Positions 13,383 through 27,337 of a stretch of 64,000 nt of DNA are shown here, piece by piece (the stretch's first letter is position 1; the number at the start of each line of letters is the position of its first letter). Position numbers and translations under genes: made by a program. Source of the stretch: the human T2T-CHM13v2.0 reference genome, Homo sapiens. The stretch lies in assembly GCF_009914755.1 (NCBI RefSeq), contig NC_060942.1. One strand, written 5' to 3'. The notes beneath the pieces were generated by a model that was given only the letters and a program-made list of their open reading frames with translations, had not been told where the DNA came from and did no database searches.

Positions 13383-14555
13383 GCTATAGAATAAATACTT
13401 TATTTTGCTTTTCTTGACAATGATTTGTCATATTTGTGTATCTGGCAATGTCTTCATTTCACCTTCATTTAAAGAATATTTTCAGCACATATAGAATCCC
13501 ATGTTGACAATCCTCTTTAGTTTTCTTTCAGTATGTTAAAAAATGTAGTTACATTGCCTATTGGCTTCCATTTATTCTCATAATAAGTTTGCAATAATTT
13601 GTATGCCTGCCCTCTATGTTTTTCTCTACTATTACAAAGACCAGTATCACTGGTGTTCAGTAGTTTGACCGAAATGTTGCTAGGTGTGAGTTTGTGTTGC
13701 GGGGCGGGAGACACTAGAGTTATTCTACTTGAGTTCTGCTGAGCTTCTTGAATATATATGATTTTCATTCACCAAATTTTGGAAATCTTTGCACATATTC
13801 TGTCAATTTTTTTTTCTGATTAACTTTCTTATTTTAGTATGTGACTAGTTTACGTACGTGTTAGATCTATTGATATTGCTCCACAAGTCTGTGATGCTCT
13901 GTTCATGTTTCACTCTGTTTTCAGTTGGATGGTGATGATAATGACAACATAGCTTTCAGTTTTCAACTGTTTCTTATGTGATTTCAGAACTGCTGTTAAC
14001 TTTAGCAGTTTTTTTCAGATACATAATTTTTCAGTTCTATTATAAAATATCTATATTTCATTTTAATACTTCCCATTTCTCTTCTGAGTTTTCCTATATT
14101 TTCATGCACTTTATGCATCTTTTTCTTTACACTCTTAAGTATAGTTACGATATGACCACGTTATAGAAACTTGTGTCTGCTAATTCCACTATCGGCATCC
14201 TCTTATGGTTGGTCTTGCTTGTTTGTTCTCTTGAGTATAAGTCTTCTATTCCTGGTGCTCTTATGATTAGTGATTTTGAATTCTGTTGTGAACATTGTGA
14301 ATGACACATGATAGAAACTCTGAATAAAGTTCTTTTATTCTGAAGGAAAGGCTTATCAAAGTACTGCTTAAATTTTAGCCGGAAGTTAACTTGCTGTAAC
14401 ACAAATTTAAATTTCTAGGCCTTCAGAAAGTAGCATCTGAAGTCTCTTCACATTTTCTTTGGCCTCATTCTAATAAGCACATGTGCAGTTCAAGGGTCAG
14501 CCAGAGAATTGGGCAGATTTTATGTACGGAATTTGAGCACCCACTTAGTGGCTGC

Positions 14556-14699
14556 TTTCCAGAATATTCTAAGCTGTTTTGCTCATGACAAACCCTGTCC
14601 TTTGTGTTTCTCAGCCAGCAAAATGATTTCCAGAATATTCTAAGCTGCTGTGTTCATGAAAAACCCTGTCCTTTGTATTTCTCAGCCTGCAAAATGATT
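14556..14699. repeat. 71-bp tandem duplication (2 copies, 6 mismatches)
   Basis: tttccagaatattctaagctg...aaaccctgtcctttgt...ctcagcc.gcaaaatga begins at 14556 and again at 14627. Confidence 0.95.
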
Positions 14700-14860
14700 G
14701 GTTTCTATCAGATTTCAGTCCTTCACAGTGCTGCCCTGGGCCTGCCGTCAGGTGGAAAACCTTAACAACCGTAAAAGATCTCAGTGTCACATTTTCCAAT
14801 TGTGGACCCTTCTCCACTTTCTGCCCAACTTTGATCACTCTCCGTTGCCTTTGATAGCTG

Positions 14861-14896
14861 GTGTGCGTGTGTGTGTATGTGTGTGTGTGTGTGTGT
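14861..14896. repeat. (GT)n microsatellite, interrupted
   Basis: Direct reading. Confidence 0.95.
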
Positions 14897-14920
14897 TTGC
14901 ATTTCATTTTATTCAGAGTA

Positions 14921-15000
14921 TTAGTTTGGTGCAAACGTAATTGCGGTGTTCACCGTTACTTTTAATGGCGAACACCGCAATTACTTTTGCATCAACCTAA
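14921..15000. mobile_element. MADE1 (Hsmar1-derived 80-bp MITE)
   Basis: 80-bp near-palindrome ttagtttggtgcaaacgtaattgcgg...ccgcaattacttttgcatcaacctaa; TA on the left flank. Confidence 0.95.
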
Positions 15001-15532
15001 ATATATAGTTGTTACCTGCAAAAGAGTTAGTTCTTTATGAGGCATTCCACTATTACTGGAAATCTAGCGGAAGCTGTTTATTATGCAGATTATTTTAGCC
15101 TTTCTTGCTTCTTCTAGTTTTCCTATCCTTATGTTACTGAGTTCTGCAAATCAAAAGAAAATCTGGTTGCTAACCAGCAAGCAAGAATCGCTTCTCCTCA
15201 GGTGAAGACTGCAAGCATTTTGCTCACCATTTTATTTTATCTTTCTCATAAAGTTATATCAAATCCCACATAACATCTCTTAATCAGCCATATGAACTCA
15301 GGCTCACCAATTTGTAATTATAGAATAAAAGTAAATGATTTTTAACTTGATTTTATAAGTTCCAACAGACACATACTTTTTAAAAAGTAGCTCCCTTAAA
15401 TATCCCTGAGTAATTTCAGAGGTTTCTAGAACACTGCATCGCCTGGGTTCCTAGAATTTCTTCTGGACGCTGTGCTGCTTTTCAGATTGTGACTCTAATG
15501 TAATTGCAGCTCTCTTTTCTGCTGATAGCTCC

Positions 15533-15977
15533 TGCTAGGAACTGAATGTTTGTGTTCCTCCAAAATTCATGTAATGTAATGAAAATTTATGCATTCCCCA
15601 TGGGATGGTATTTGGAGACGAAACTTTGGGAGGTAATTCTATTTAGATGAAGTCATGATTGTGAGGTCCTAATAATGTCATTGTTGCTCTTATAAGAAGG
15701 GACACTAGGTCATTCATTCTCATTCTCTCTTTATCTTCTCTCTCTCTCTCTCTGTCTCTCTTTCTCTCTCTCCTCCCACACCCACCACTTTCTGCCATGG
15801 GAGGATATAGCAAGAAGGCAGGCGTCTCTAAGCCAGGAACAGGGTCCTCACTGGGGACCTGAATCAGTGAGCTTACTGGTGTTGGACTCCTCATGCAAAC
15901 TGTGCAAAACAAATTCCTGTTGTTTAAGTTACCTGGTCTATGGGATTTTGTTATGACGGCCTGAGCTGACTAAGACA
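15533..15977 (+). mobile_element. MLT1A-like MaLR solo LTR
   Basis: tgctaggaactgaatgtttgtgttcctccaaaattcat...ctgagctgactaagaca; 5-bp TSD gctcc/actcc; internal (TC)n. Confidence 0.9.
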
Positions 15978-15996
15978 ACTCCTTCAGCCTCAGAGA

Positions 15997-16230
15997 GAGG
16001 CTGGAACTAGGGAAAAGCAACTGAAGTATTTGCTTCAGTTATAGAATTTAAGAATGAGCCCAAATCTCAGTAATCTATGTAAATAAGATGTTACTACCAC
16101 ATTTTAAAAATATATTAAAATTAATACAAAAATCATTGATAAACAAATATTATAAATATATATAAAGAAAAGATCATTCACAGTGCCAGGCTGAGCCATA
16201 TTGGAGCTTGTGGCAAAAGGAAAAATGTAT
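15997..16230 (+). mobile_element. hAT-Tip100-type DNA transposon remnant (Arthur1/MER69-like)
   Basis: ggctggaactaggg...aatttaag...ctcagtaatc...aaaattaatacaaaaatcattgataaacaaatat resembles this family; name uncertain. Confidence 0.5.
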
Positions 16231-16261
16231 ATTCCTATTGCAGTTTTTACATACCTTTTTT

Positions 16262-17270
16262 AAAAAAAATTTTATAATGGCTTTTTGAGATATAATTCAC
16301 ATATCATGCAATTTACCCATCTAAAGTGTACAATTCAATTTGCAGATATGTGTGGCATCCCCTCAGTCAATTTTAAAATATGTTCCAAAGAAACCTCACA
16401 CCCTTTAGCTAGCATCCTCTAATCCCCCTATTTCCCACAGTCCAAAGCAACCAGGAACCTGCTTGCTGTCTCTCTAGATATGCCTACTATGGACCTTTCA
16501 TATAAATGGGATCACATGATATACAGTCATTTGTGGTGAGCGTCTTTCAGTTAGCACAATATTTTCAAAATAAACACTTATTGTAGCATGAATCAGCACT
16601 TTTTTCCTTTTTAAGCCAAGAAATTTTCCATTGTATAGGTATACCATATTTTGTTTATCCATTCATCACTTGATGGGCATTTGGGTTAGTTCTACCTTTT
16701 GGCTATTATAAATACTGCTGCTGTAAATATTAATGTAAATGTTTTTTTGTTTGTTTGTTTGTTTGTTTCTGTGGACAGATGTTTTCAATTCCCTTAGGTT
16801 TACTTAGTGTTGAATTAATTGCTGGGTCACATGGAAATTGTTTAACCAATGGAGAAAATACAAACTTCTATGAAGTGGTATAATTTTATATTCCCACCAG
16901 CAGTGTATGACTGTTTTAATTTCTTCACATTCTTGCCAACAGCTGTTAATACCTTACTTTTAAAAATTATTATAATTATCCTAGTAAATGGAAAGTGGTA
17001 TTACATTCTGGTTTTAGTTTTGTATTTTCCCGATGACTAATGATGTCAAGCGTCTTTTAAAGTGCTTAATGGGTATTTATGTAGCTTCTTTGGAGAAATC
17101 TCTTTTCATACCCTGAGCCACGGGGTTTGTTTTTGTTTTCATTTTGTCTTTGTATTATTCACTGGTAAGATTTCTTTATATATCCTTTATATGTGTCTCT
17201 TATCAGATACATGATTTGCAAATATGTTCTCTCCTGTGAGTTTTCATTTTCTTGACAGTGTCCTTTCGAG
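16262..17270 (-). mobile_element. L1MB-like 3' end
   Basis: ttgagatataattcacatatcatgcaatttacccatctaaagtgtacaattca is the antisense L1MB terminus; continues into ORF2 3' sequence. Confidence 0.85.
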
Positions 17271-17274
17271 CTCC

Positions 17275-19400
17275 TTGTGAAGAAAATCTAGAAAGAAATT
17301 CTCTCAATTTTTTCTTTATAAGGGGATGTCTAATTTCACCTTTATTTTTGAAAGATAGTTTGCTGGATACAGAATTGTTGGTTGCTAGGTTTTTGTTCCT
17401 TTGAGCGCATAGAATGTTAGTCCACACTCTTCTGGCCTTCATTATTTCTGATGAGAAGTGAGCTGCTAATCATATGTGGTTCCTTTGTAAGTGGTGGGTT
17501 ATTTTTCTCTTGCTACTTTGAATATTTTCTCTTTGACTTTCAGCTTTACTATGATACATCTATTTTTGGATTTTTGCATTTATTCTCTAGTAATTTGCTG
17601 AGATTCCTAATTTGTAGATGGTTTTACAATAGTTTGGGAAGTTTCCAGGCATTATTTCATTTTTCTTTCTGCTTCTTTCTCTCACTTTTCCTTCTACTAT
17701 TCCCATTAATGTTGGTGCACTTAATGGAGCCCCACATTTTTCTAAGATGATGTTAATTTTTCATTGTTCTCCTTTTTTTCTGTTCTTCATATTGCATAAT
17801 GTCTATGTTCAGATTGGCTTATTCTTTATTCTGCCAGGTCAAATCTACTGTTAAATCTTCCAGTGAGTTTTTATTGCAGGTATTACACTTTCCAATGCCA
17901 GAAATTCCATTTGGTTCTTTCTATTTGATGTGACATTATCATACATTCCCTTATTTCTTTACTTATAGATTCCTTTATGTCTTTGAATGTATTTATAATG
18001 ACTACTTTGAACTCTTTGTTAAGTCTGACATCTGGTTGCTTTCCAAGGCAATTTCTCTTGCCTGCTTTTTCCCCTCAGTGTATAGGCCATAATTTTCTGT
18101 TTCTTTTCACGTCTCTTATTTGTTGTTGCTGTTGTTGGAAAACGCTTGTTTTAGATATTGCATCGTAGCAATTCTAGGTACTGGCTACCTCACATCCAGG
18201 GCATATTACTGTTCTTTGCTTTATTACTGTTTTAGTAACTGGCTGAATTATTTTAGTAAAGTCTATGCCCCCTCTTCCACTTTCCATAGAGTGAAGCTTC
18301 TCATGTTGCTCCTTGGGTTGTGGGGGGCAGCCTTGGTTATGCCCCCAGTCACCTTAGGATTACAGTTGTTTTGACAGAGCTTTCTTTGACTCTCTTTTTC
18401 TGACAACACCCACCTGTTATGATCCACCAGTCCCAGCTGATATGTCTATTGATTTCAACCATGCCATAGGTTACAAACTAATCCAATCAAATCCAGTCTA
18501 TTTTGAAGAGATAGTTTCTAAGGTCAGCATTTGAAATTTGTCTTCACTAGATGAGGGCTGTTTCTAGCTGTCTCTTTTCTGTTTTTCTCTGGCAAACTCG
18601 TTGGCCTACATACAGTTTGGTGTCTACCTGCAAAGAATCTATCAATCTACTTTAACTTGCCTTTCCCTCACAACTCCCATAAGTTTTTAAGAGTACCCTT
18701 AGGCTTGAACTTTTGTAAACATTTGCAAATGAGGTCATACCTTTTCAGTGTGTTCTGATGCTTGCTTTCCCCCTGGGCAAAATCTCTGAACTATGGCTCT
18801 GGTGATGTGGGGCATCGACCTGCTTCTCTCTGAGTGACATTTTTACTTTAGGAGCTAAAGACAGTGGATGGGGAAGCAGCAGCTTCAGGTTTGATTATCT
18901 CAGCACAGGAAACCCATCCCACAAGCCAGGACAAAAAGATTGTAGGCCAGAGTGTTCTCAAAAGTAATATGCCCAAGACTGAGCCTCTATCCCGCAAAGG
19001 GTTTGAGCTGAAAAAGGAAACCAACACCTTTGATCCACAATCACCAGAAGCTTAGCCTGAGCAACAGGGAGCTGAAGTATAAAGATAAATATAGGTGTCT
19101 TGCTCATCCTGGGATAATGGCACTCCCACTGAGTTCTTGGTTATACCAAACTAGAGGGAAGTTTCCATTTCATGACCTGTGAGAGAAGACAGAGCACAAA
19201 TCTTGGTTCAAATACTACAGACTTTTCCATTTCTTACTGAGTTTTAGCAGATTTTCTTGTGCAAATATTCTTAATTTGCTGTGGGCCTTTATGGACATTT
19301 CCAGAGACTCTAAGTGGTTAGCTTTTTAAAAAGAATTTTCAGCCATTTTTCCAGGGTGTCTGTGAAGCTCCCCAAGCTGTTGTACTAAACCATATTTTTA
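17275..19400 (-). mobile_element. L1M ORF1/5'UTR region
   Basis: taatttcacctttatttttgaaagatagtttgctggatacagaattgttggttg...tctggccttcattatttctgatgagaagtgagctg. Confidence 0.7.
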
Positions 19401-20109
19401 AATGGGTATTTTTTTTCCAGAACATTGAAGATGTTTAAAAAAAGTTTTAAAAATTGAAAGTATACTGAAATACTGAATATTGAAAAGTTGAAAGATTAAA
19501 TATTGATATGTGAATAACCCTCATTGTGTAGTGATTAATACATACAGAGAGTAGTGGTTCTACAAATAGAATGTATCATAATTTTAGCTTCCCATATTTA
19601 ATGGAAACAAATAAATCAATAATAATTTTTAAATGTATTTGCTTGTCTTATTTTTACTTGAAGAACATCCTCTAAAATTTTGTGCCCAACATGGGTACTT
19701 TATTTGCCTCTATATAGTCTCACTCCTTCTCATGGAGGAAGAGCTGCTTTCTTTCTATCCTGGTCTCCATTGCTGTGTGCTAGTATGTCCAACCATTAAT
19801 GTCCTGCCAAGTTGACCCTGCTGATGCTAAATAACTTCATTACCATGAGCCCAGAGGATGACTGTTCCAAAAACTGACTGATTTGCTGTTCTGCTCACTG
19901 TGTTTATGGCTGCTACACCATCTGCAGGCATAGGCAACACAAACCCAGACCCAGAGAGCCATACATAGTGCCAGAATTAAAGTCTTTCCTTGTCAGTGAA
20001 CATACCACCCATTCATCTTCACCCTATAGAAAATAAGCTCTCCTTCTCTTCCTCCATTCTCGGTTCTTCCCCAAAAAGAACACTTTAAAGAAAAATGAAA
20101 GTAGTATTT

Positions 20110-20365
20110 TCAACTGCATGTTCTCACTTATAAGAGAGAGGTAAACAATGGGTACATATGGACAGACAGAGTGTAGTCTCCAGTAATAGACATTGGAGAC
20201 TCCAAAAGGTGGGAAGGTGGGAAAGGGTGAGGGTTGAAAAACTACCTATTGGGTACAACGTTCACTATTCAGGTAATGGGTACATTGAAAGCCCAGGCTT
20301 CACAACTACACCATATATGCATGTAGGAAATCTGCACTTGTATCCCCTACAGAAAAAATAAAAGT
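20110..20365 (+). mobile_element. L1PB/L1MA-like 3'UTR fragment
   Basis: gcatgttctcacttataag...gagggttgaaaaactacctattgggtacaacgttcactattc...ctgcacttgtatcccct plus A-tail. Confidence 0.9.
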
Positions 20366-21879
20366 TTTGAACTTAAAAAAAATAGTATTTTTATTGAACT
20401 TCATGAAAAAATCCTACTTCGAGCTAGTAGATATGCATGTTTTCAATAGTCCTAACAAGCAATTAGACCTACAGGGTATTTATAGTCAGCATTTTTACTT
20501 AAATCCTAAAAACAGTAGTCAAATATTTACTTTTGTCATATTAGTTACAATGTAATTGAATTAACTCTTTCCTTCTATTATATTATTATCCTACTTTTTC
20601 TCGTCACTGTAACTTTCACTGTATACAATTTTATATAGAGTATTAACTTTCAAATTGCTTGTGAAAATGTATACTTGTATACTTGTCCACTAATATACAC
20701 ATCTTTTTTTCACTAATTTATTCATTGGTCAGTCTATTATTTAAGTACTCATATATCAGTCTTTGCACCTATTTTCTTTACTAATTATTATTTTCCTTCC
20801 AATTTCTTTAACTTGCAATAGTAAAATCATATTTTACTGTTGGGAAGAAAATTAAATAAGATAATGTAAGTGATAATACAGTGAAACACAGTGAGTGGTC
20901 AATAAAAGTTTATTGTCTTCTGAGTGTATATAACATGTAACTCCTTTTCATTTGGAATTTTGTTGTGGTTTATTCACCTACTGTGATTCTGCCTTGGTTT
21001 GGTCATTGTGTATATTATCAGGAGCCTACTTATATTGATAAATTTATCTATTGAAACCACAGGTAAGATGTTGTATGCCACGGACAAATTTTGACCTTCA
21101 TAATGTAGCTGGGTTAATGACGAGTTAATGAAAACCATTTATTTTGCCTACAATAAGCTGCTCAGCAGGAATTTTCTTATCTAATTAATAGCGACATGTT
21201 ATATGAACTTCATCTGGCATTTTGCACCCAATTCAAGGCAATTTCAGAAATTAAGAATCCAAAATATATTTGAATAGATCTCTACCAGTAATTATAACAA
21301 TTCTTAGTAAATAATATTGCATAAATAAACAGTACCTGATGATTTGTCAAGGTCAGTTCATTTTCCTTGTAGATAGTAAAAATAAGTTGAGAAATATTTC
21401 TTTGTCTTAAGATTAGATATGAAAATACTTGTTTAAAATTTAAACCATGTTTTAGCTCTCAATGGTGCTCCTCACAACATTTTAAATATTAATATTTAAT
21501 TACTGATCTGTTTTCCAGGTAGACATACAAAATCTGTATTAATTTTTTTTAACATATACACATTTTATTGGAGTTTTCTTCTAAAATTCAAAAATGACAA
21601 CATCATTTTTTCAAAGCCAAGTAACAGAAGAGTATATTACAAAGTCAATTTTGTGCATGCCTTTTTACATTTCTTTCTATGCTCATGTAAAACATACATG
21701 ACTTGTGTAATTATACACATATGCTCTTGGTCTCATCTGTATTAAATTTTTTAAAACCACAGAGTCTCATCGATTTTTGCAAAGTCATGTTAGTTTCCAG
21801 TTATTAAGGTGACAAAACCAAAGAAATTCACATAAAAACTAGATTTAGAGAATAAAATATTTTTTAAATTGTGGGTCGA

Positions 21880-23640
21880 GGAGTAGTCATTCTTTCAATA
21901 GAATTAGGTATGTTATATTGTCTTATGTTTCAATAATTTCTGCTCTTAAATTATTATTTCTTTATCACATTTGTATATTAATTTGCCATATTTTCAAATT
22001 TTTCATGATGGATGATTATTTTATTCATTTGCAGATTTTCTTTTTTCTTAATAAAAGCATGAAAGTCTGTAAATTTCCCTTTAAGTATACTTTTAGCTAT
22101 ATTTTATAAGTTTTGAAATGTAGTATTTTAAATATTACCTAGTATATAAATAATTTCTAAATACTTTTGAATGATCCCATTTGTTTTTACATTTCTCCTT
22201 TCTACTATCTTGACAGTTATAAATCCTTTCCTATTTTTAGTAATTACTAAAAGATTACTATGTACATTTTGAGCTAAATGAAAATATGGAAAGGATTTAT
22301 TATTTCACCACTTTAAGGATGATAGAATGATATTAGAACAATTTATATCCATCATCTTCCTTTCAATTATATGGCTGCATATTACTGTTATTACTGTTTT
22401 CTCTAGTCAACGGTAATTTGGCGCACCAATTCAGTTGCTCTTCATTCCCTCCGTGTGTCTTAGATTCCATACGGTATAATTTTCTATATGTCCAAAATAT
22501 TCTTTTTAGTATTTCCCTAATATAAAAATACTGATGGTGAACTTTCTATTTTCTCTCAAACAGCCTTCAGTTCACCTTTATTATAAAAACTACTTTTATT
22601 TGAAATTATCTTCCAGTTTTCTGGTTTCATTATGAAAATAGCTCTTAAACCCAGTATTGCTCTTATGAAGGTAAAATTTATCTTTCTGTGGATGGTTTTA
22701 ATATTTTATTATATTTTAGAAGGTTTAAACGTTTCGTCCAGCTGTGGTTTACTTTATATTTATTATTTAGTTAATATTTAGCTTCATTTTGTATTTCAAC
22801 AGTCTCTGGAAATTCTCCACCATTATGTTTTCAAATATTGTTTCAAATCTACTCTTTCTTCTCTTTCTTCCTGGGACTCCATTTGCATTCGTATTAAACC
22901 TTTCCATCACATCTCCTGGGCTTCAAATTATTTTCTATATTATTTTTTCTTTTGGCTCTTTGTGGTGGAGTGCAGACAGATTCTCTGAACTATCTTCTAG
23001 CTCACTAATTTTCTATTTACAATTGTTTTCTATTTAGATTCATTACTGTGTCTTGAATGTTTGGTTATTACATTATGGTGTGGCAGAATTTCTACTTGGT
23101 ACTTTAAAAAGCCTTCAAGTTCTCTGCCTAACTTCCTCATCTTCTCTATTTACTAAATAATTCAGCATAGTTACTTTAAAGTTTGTGTCTCATTTCCTAT
23201 TGTCACATTTTTATTTTCTATCTATCTTTCTCTATCGTTTCTCTAGGGTGCATTCTTGTTCCCTTGTCTTCTTGTATACATGATTATTTAATTGATTTAT
23301 AGGTATTGCTTAAGAAAAACTGTAGGAAAACAAAATTGAGGTCCTAAGTGACATTGCACTCCATATTAGATGCTAGAGACTCTAGTAACCCTAAATCAGC
23401 TTAATCTACGTAAGAATTGAGAAGATATTAATTTGGGTTTAAGCTTTATTTTTATCTTTGAATATAAAGTGTATCTCCTATAGACAGCATATAGTCAGAT
23501 ATTGTTTTGTTTTATCTATACTAACAAAATCTGCCTTTGATCTGATTGTTAAATCAATTCCCATTTAACATTATTATTGATATAGTTGGATGTGCACCTC
23601 CTGGTTCAGTTTATATTTTGTGTATATCTCCTGTCCTCTA
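21880..23640 (-). mobile_element. Highly diverged L1M/L1ME fragments
   Basis: Scattered antisense L1 motifs (aaatttccctttaagtatac; ctggaaattctccaccattat; aagtgtatctcctatagacagcatatagt). Confidence 0.55.
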
Positions 23641-24374
23641 TATTCTTCTGGTCTGGGGAACTCCACATGCCACCATTTTGGAAGACATTTCCTAGAATAT
23701 TATTTTTAATGTTAGGAACAAAAACATATTTTAAAAAGCATCCAATTTGATAGAACTTGTGCACTTTTTCAAAAAAATATTCATGTGTTCATTATGTTTC
23801 TAGATTTAGCCCAATATGATATACACATTTCTAACAGCTTGATATCAAATATTGTATTTGCTGCCATCCCTTATAAACATTGTGTTCATAAAGCTACAGA
23901 ATGTAGTCCTATCATTTAAAAAGAAAAAGAAAAGTCTGCACTCCCGAGCTACAGAGATGAGTTATTTTTTCAATTAGTTTCACTTCTTGTTTTAACTCTG
24001 ATTAACTGGTTTGTCCATTTATATTTTTAAAATTTAATATTAACATGATTTATCTGTAAAATGCTTTAAGTGAATAAAGTCTTACCCAAAGTAAGTGACC
24101 CTGAGTAAATAAATTGAAAATCCAGAATTATAGGAGCAGATATTGTTAATAGTTTTTCACCTTTAAAATTTCCTTAACTTCAGTGTGGCACAGGAAAAGT
24201 TCTTCGGAGTGTTGGAAAGGTGGTGGTGGTTTTACAACTGTCAAAATTCAACGAATCCCAACTTTATTGTATGCATATCAATAATTCTGACTTTTTGCAG
24301 TTGCATTCTAATGGCCCGCTTTAATGAAATAGAAGTTAATATGAATGGAGGGCTGTGATGAATATGCCATCTTA

Positions 24375-24560
24375 TAATCATCACAACAAATTTGTGAAAC
24401 CAAGTTTATTAATATTCCCATTTAAAATATAAGGAAAAGGTACCCTAGGGAAGTTAGGTGATTTGCCCATAGTCACAGAGCTATTAAGTGGTAGAACAGC
24501 AAGTGAAAAACAAGTTACGATGATTCAAAAATCTATACATTTAACGATGTTTTTCTGCCT
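24375..24560 (-). mobile_element. MIR
   Basis: attcccattt...aggaaa...gaagttaggtgatttgcccatagtcacagagctattaagtggtaga (MIR core). Confidence 0.75.
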
Positions 24561-24859
24561 CTCCTTAAACTCCTAGGCACCTCAGTTCGAATATATTGAG
24601 GTTTGTAAAGTAGATTTGCTGGTTAAATATAATTTGTTTATACTTAATGACTATATTTTAATATAAAATACATCGTGAGAACATACAACCAGTACATCCC
24701 TGATAATCCATTATTTACAATGATCCTAAGCTGCTCTAATAATTCACCAATAATTGCACAATGGATATTCTCACAGGCGATGCAGAAAGCTCAGGCTAAT
24801 GATTCTCCATGTGAAGTCATGGACAATTGGCCTCAGATTCTTCCAAAATATGTTTTAAA

Positions 24860-24970
24860 GATTTGTGGGATTCCCCCACTAGATCTATTAAAAGAGATTA
24901 TCAGAAAGTAGGACCTAGGAATTTACACTTTAAAAGCTACTACAGGTGATTCATAAACACATTGAAATTA
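24860..24970. mobile_element. MER5A-like hAT fragment
   Basis: ggacctaggaatttacactttaaaagctactacaggtgattc. Confidence 0.5.
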
Positions 24971-27337
24971 AACTGTCCCCTCTGTTACCTAGTTATGTTC
25001 TTTGATGTGGTGTGCCACATACCACTCTAGAAAAACAATTGTTTTTAAATCCCCCAGGGAGCTAAGAAGTGTCTTGGATTGTTGCAATGAGGTGACTAGT
25101 GAGTACTGCTATCATCTGTCTCCACCATTTCTAAATTTATTTTCTGGTCAGTAAGTTGTAAACTAGATTCTCAAAAGAGCTGTAAGAATATAGTAAAATA
25201 TGAATGCTGTTTTCATCAGCATGGGTTTTGTTTATTATACTTTTTGTTTATTTCAATTATTTCAATAATAAACAGAATATGAGCTAAATGAAAATAAATA
25301 GGTCCTTTAAGAAGGGGCTAAAACAATGTTTCTAGGGTAGTTTTTTGTCTCTTATCAAACCATAAAAATTGACTCCATTGCACTTGGAATAAACTTCAAC
25401 TGTTTCCTCAGCTTCTATATGCTCCAGATTCACTTAGCTTTCAGCATCAAAGTTTATAGAATATGACAAAATGATTATGCTCCACTTGAAATTGCTTCAT
25501 GAGAAAATAACATCTTCAGAAAATGGAGCAAATCTACAGAGGCAATGTCCATAGAAGAGAGCAAAATGAACAACACTGCGATTGTTTAGCATGAAAACGA
25601 TATTTAAAAAGCCAAGGATAAAAGTTGGAAGGAAGAGCATTAAACAGAATTTAGTTTTAGGGGGAAGAAAGCACAGGCCAGTGAATGGTAAGAATATGAT
25701 AGTCTGTCTCTCTGGGGGATCGTGTTTGGGATAATAGCAAAAAAAAAACAAAAAACAAACAAAAAACATTCTTGCATCTGCATTGCCTTCAAAAGTTTCT
25801 AAGGAACAAGCTCAAGCAGGCTTATGGAATAATTTTCTGAAGAAGTTGTCTCTGAATCTATTTTGAGTGTGCCTAAAAAGTGGTCTTAATGCAATTGACC
25901 AAGAAGGCATCAAAATCAACTATTTTGTAGGATGTGCATAATATTTTGAAAAGACAAGCAGCTCTTGTGGATCAGAATTTGGTTTTTAAAAAGCCTGTTT
26001 TGATCTCCCAGAGAGAGGTAACACATCTGAGGTTATCACAGCACTGGCTCAGAAGCTCAATTAGTAAAGCTTTACTCTAAAAATCAACTTAGAAGAAATG
26101 AACTTTTATCCATGGCACATTTCAAACAAATAGTATTGACCCTCTTTAATTTCCCTTAGATGTTTCATTTTTCCCTTGAATGCTTTTTTTAAAATTTCAA
26201 CTAAATTTCAAATCCAAACAACTTCAAAATGACAAAGTTTATATTCAAACCAAAGCTTGTTTCAAACCACTTATACAATGAATTTTAACTTTGATTTAGA
26301 ATTTGAAAACTATATTTAGAGAAAATGTATTAAAATAAATATAGAAAAGTACTTAGACATATATAATACTTAGATTTTATAACTGTCATATTTTTAAATA
26401 GAAAGTCAACAAGATATATTGGGTTTATGATCTGAATAGGATACCAAAGACTGGAAAATAAAAAGTAAATATTGGCCAATAACATACACTGATTTTTGCT
26501 TTGTTTTACATTATTACCTAAATTAGAATCTTAATATCCGTCTTACAATGAATTAGCCACAGGATTGTATTATTAATTTCATCTTCTGAGAAAGAACATA
26601 AATAAAACATAATTCATTTTAATCATCTTTTACCTTCCCATATGCTTTAAAAATTAAAAAAGAGAACAAACTTCTATTTTAACCTTCTTGGCTTAGTGTT
26701 TCAATTCCATGACAAAATACAAATATATGAAAGTGGGTTAATTTATTTAGATATTTTAAATTACCATTGGCTCTAACCTGTGCTTTCTTTGTTGACATTA
26801 ATGCAACTTATTCAATCAAAAGCTACCTAAATTTCATATCTTCACTACATTTATCTATTATACTTTTTTCCAGGTCGCTAACCTCTCCCCAAATTTTTGT
26901 TCACTAAATTACCTTGATTGAAGTGATGGTTAAATTTCTCTATGGTATTTCCTAAGGTTATGCAACTGATTTTCACATCATCTATGCAACTCACATAATC
27001 ATCTATTAGACGACTTATCAGGAATCTGTTCTAACAAATACACACAAACACACATATGAACACACACACATTGACCTACACACGCACATACACAATGTGC
27101 CACAGGCTTTGAAATATTATACATAGGTCTTTAGAGACAGAAGTAGTTAGTATTAAAAAAAATGAGGAAGAAATTTCCCACTAAAAATATAGTTAAAACA
27201 TAAACAAGCAAAAAACAGTGTTCCAACACACAGTTCAAACACAGCAAAAACTAGTACAAACACAAAATTCCCATAGTTATAAGAAATTGACACTAAAAAA
27301 GAAAGCATATTTTAAATAACTTTATCAGGAATTCTTA

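Larger units (their letters stand above)
12640..14860 (-). mobile_element. Old L1M (ORF1/5' region), interrupted by an MST LTR
   Basis: atttcaccttcatttaaagaatattttcagcacatatagaat and gagttctgctgagcttcttgaat are typical antisense L1M ORF1 motifs; boundaries approximate. Confidence 0.6.
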
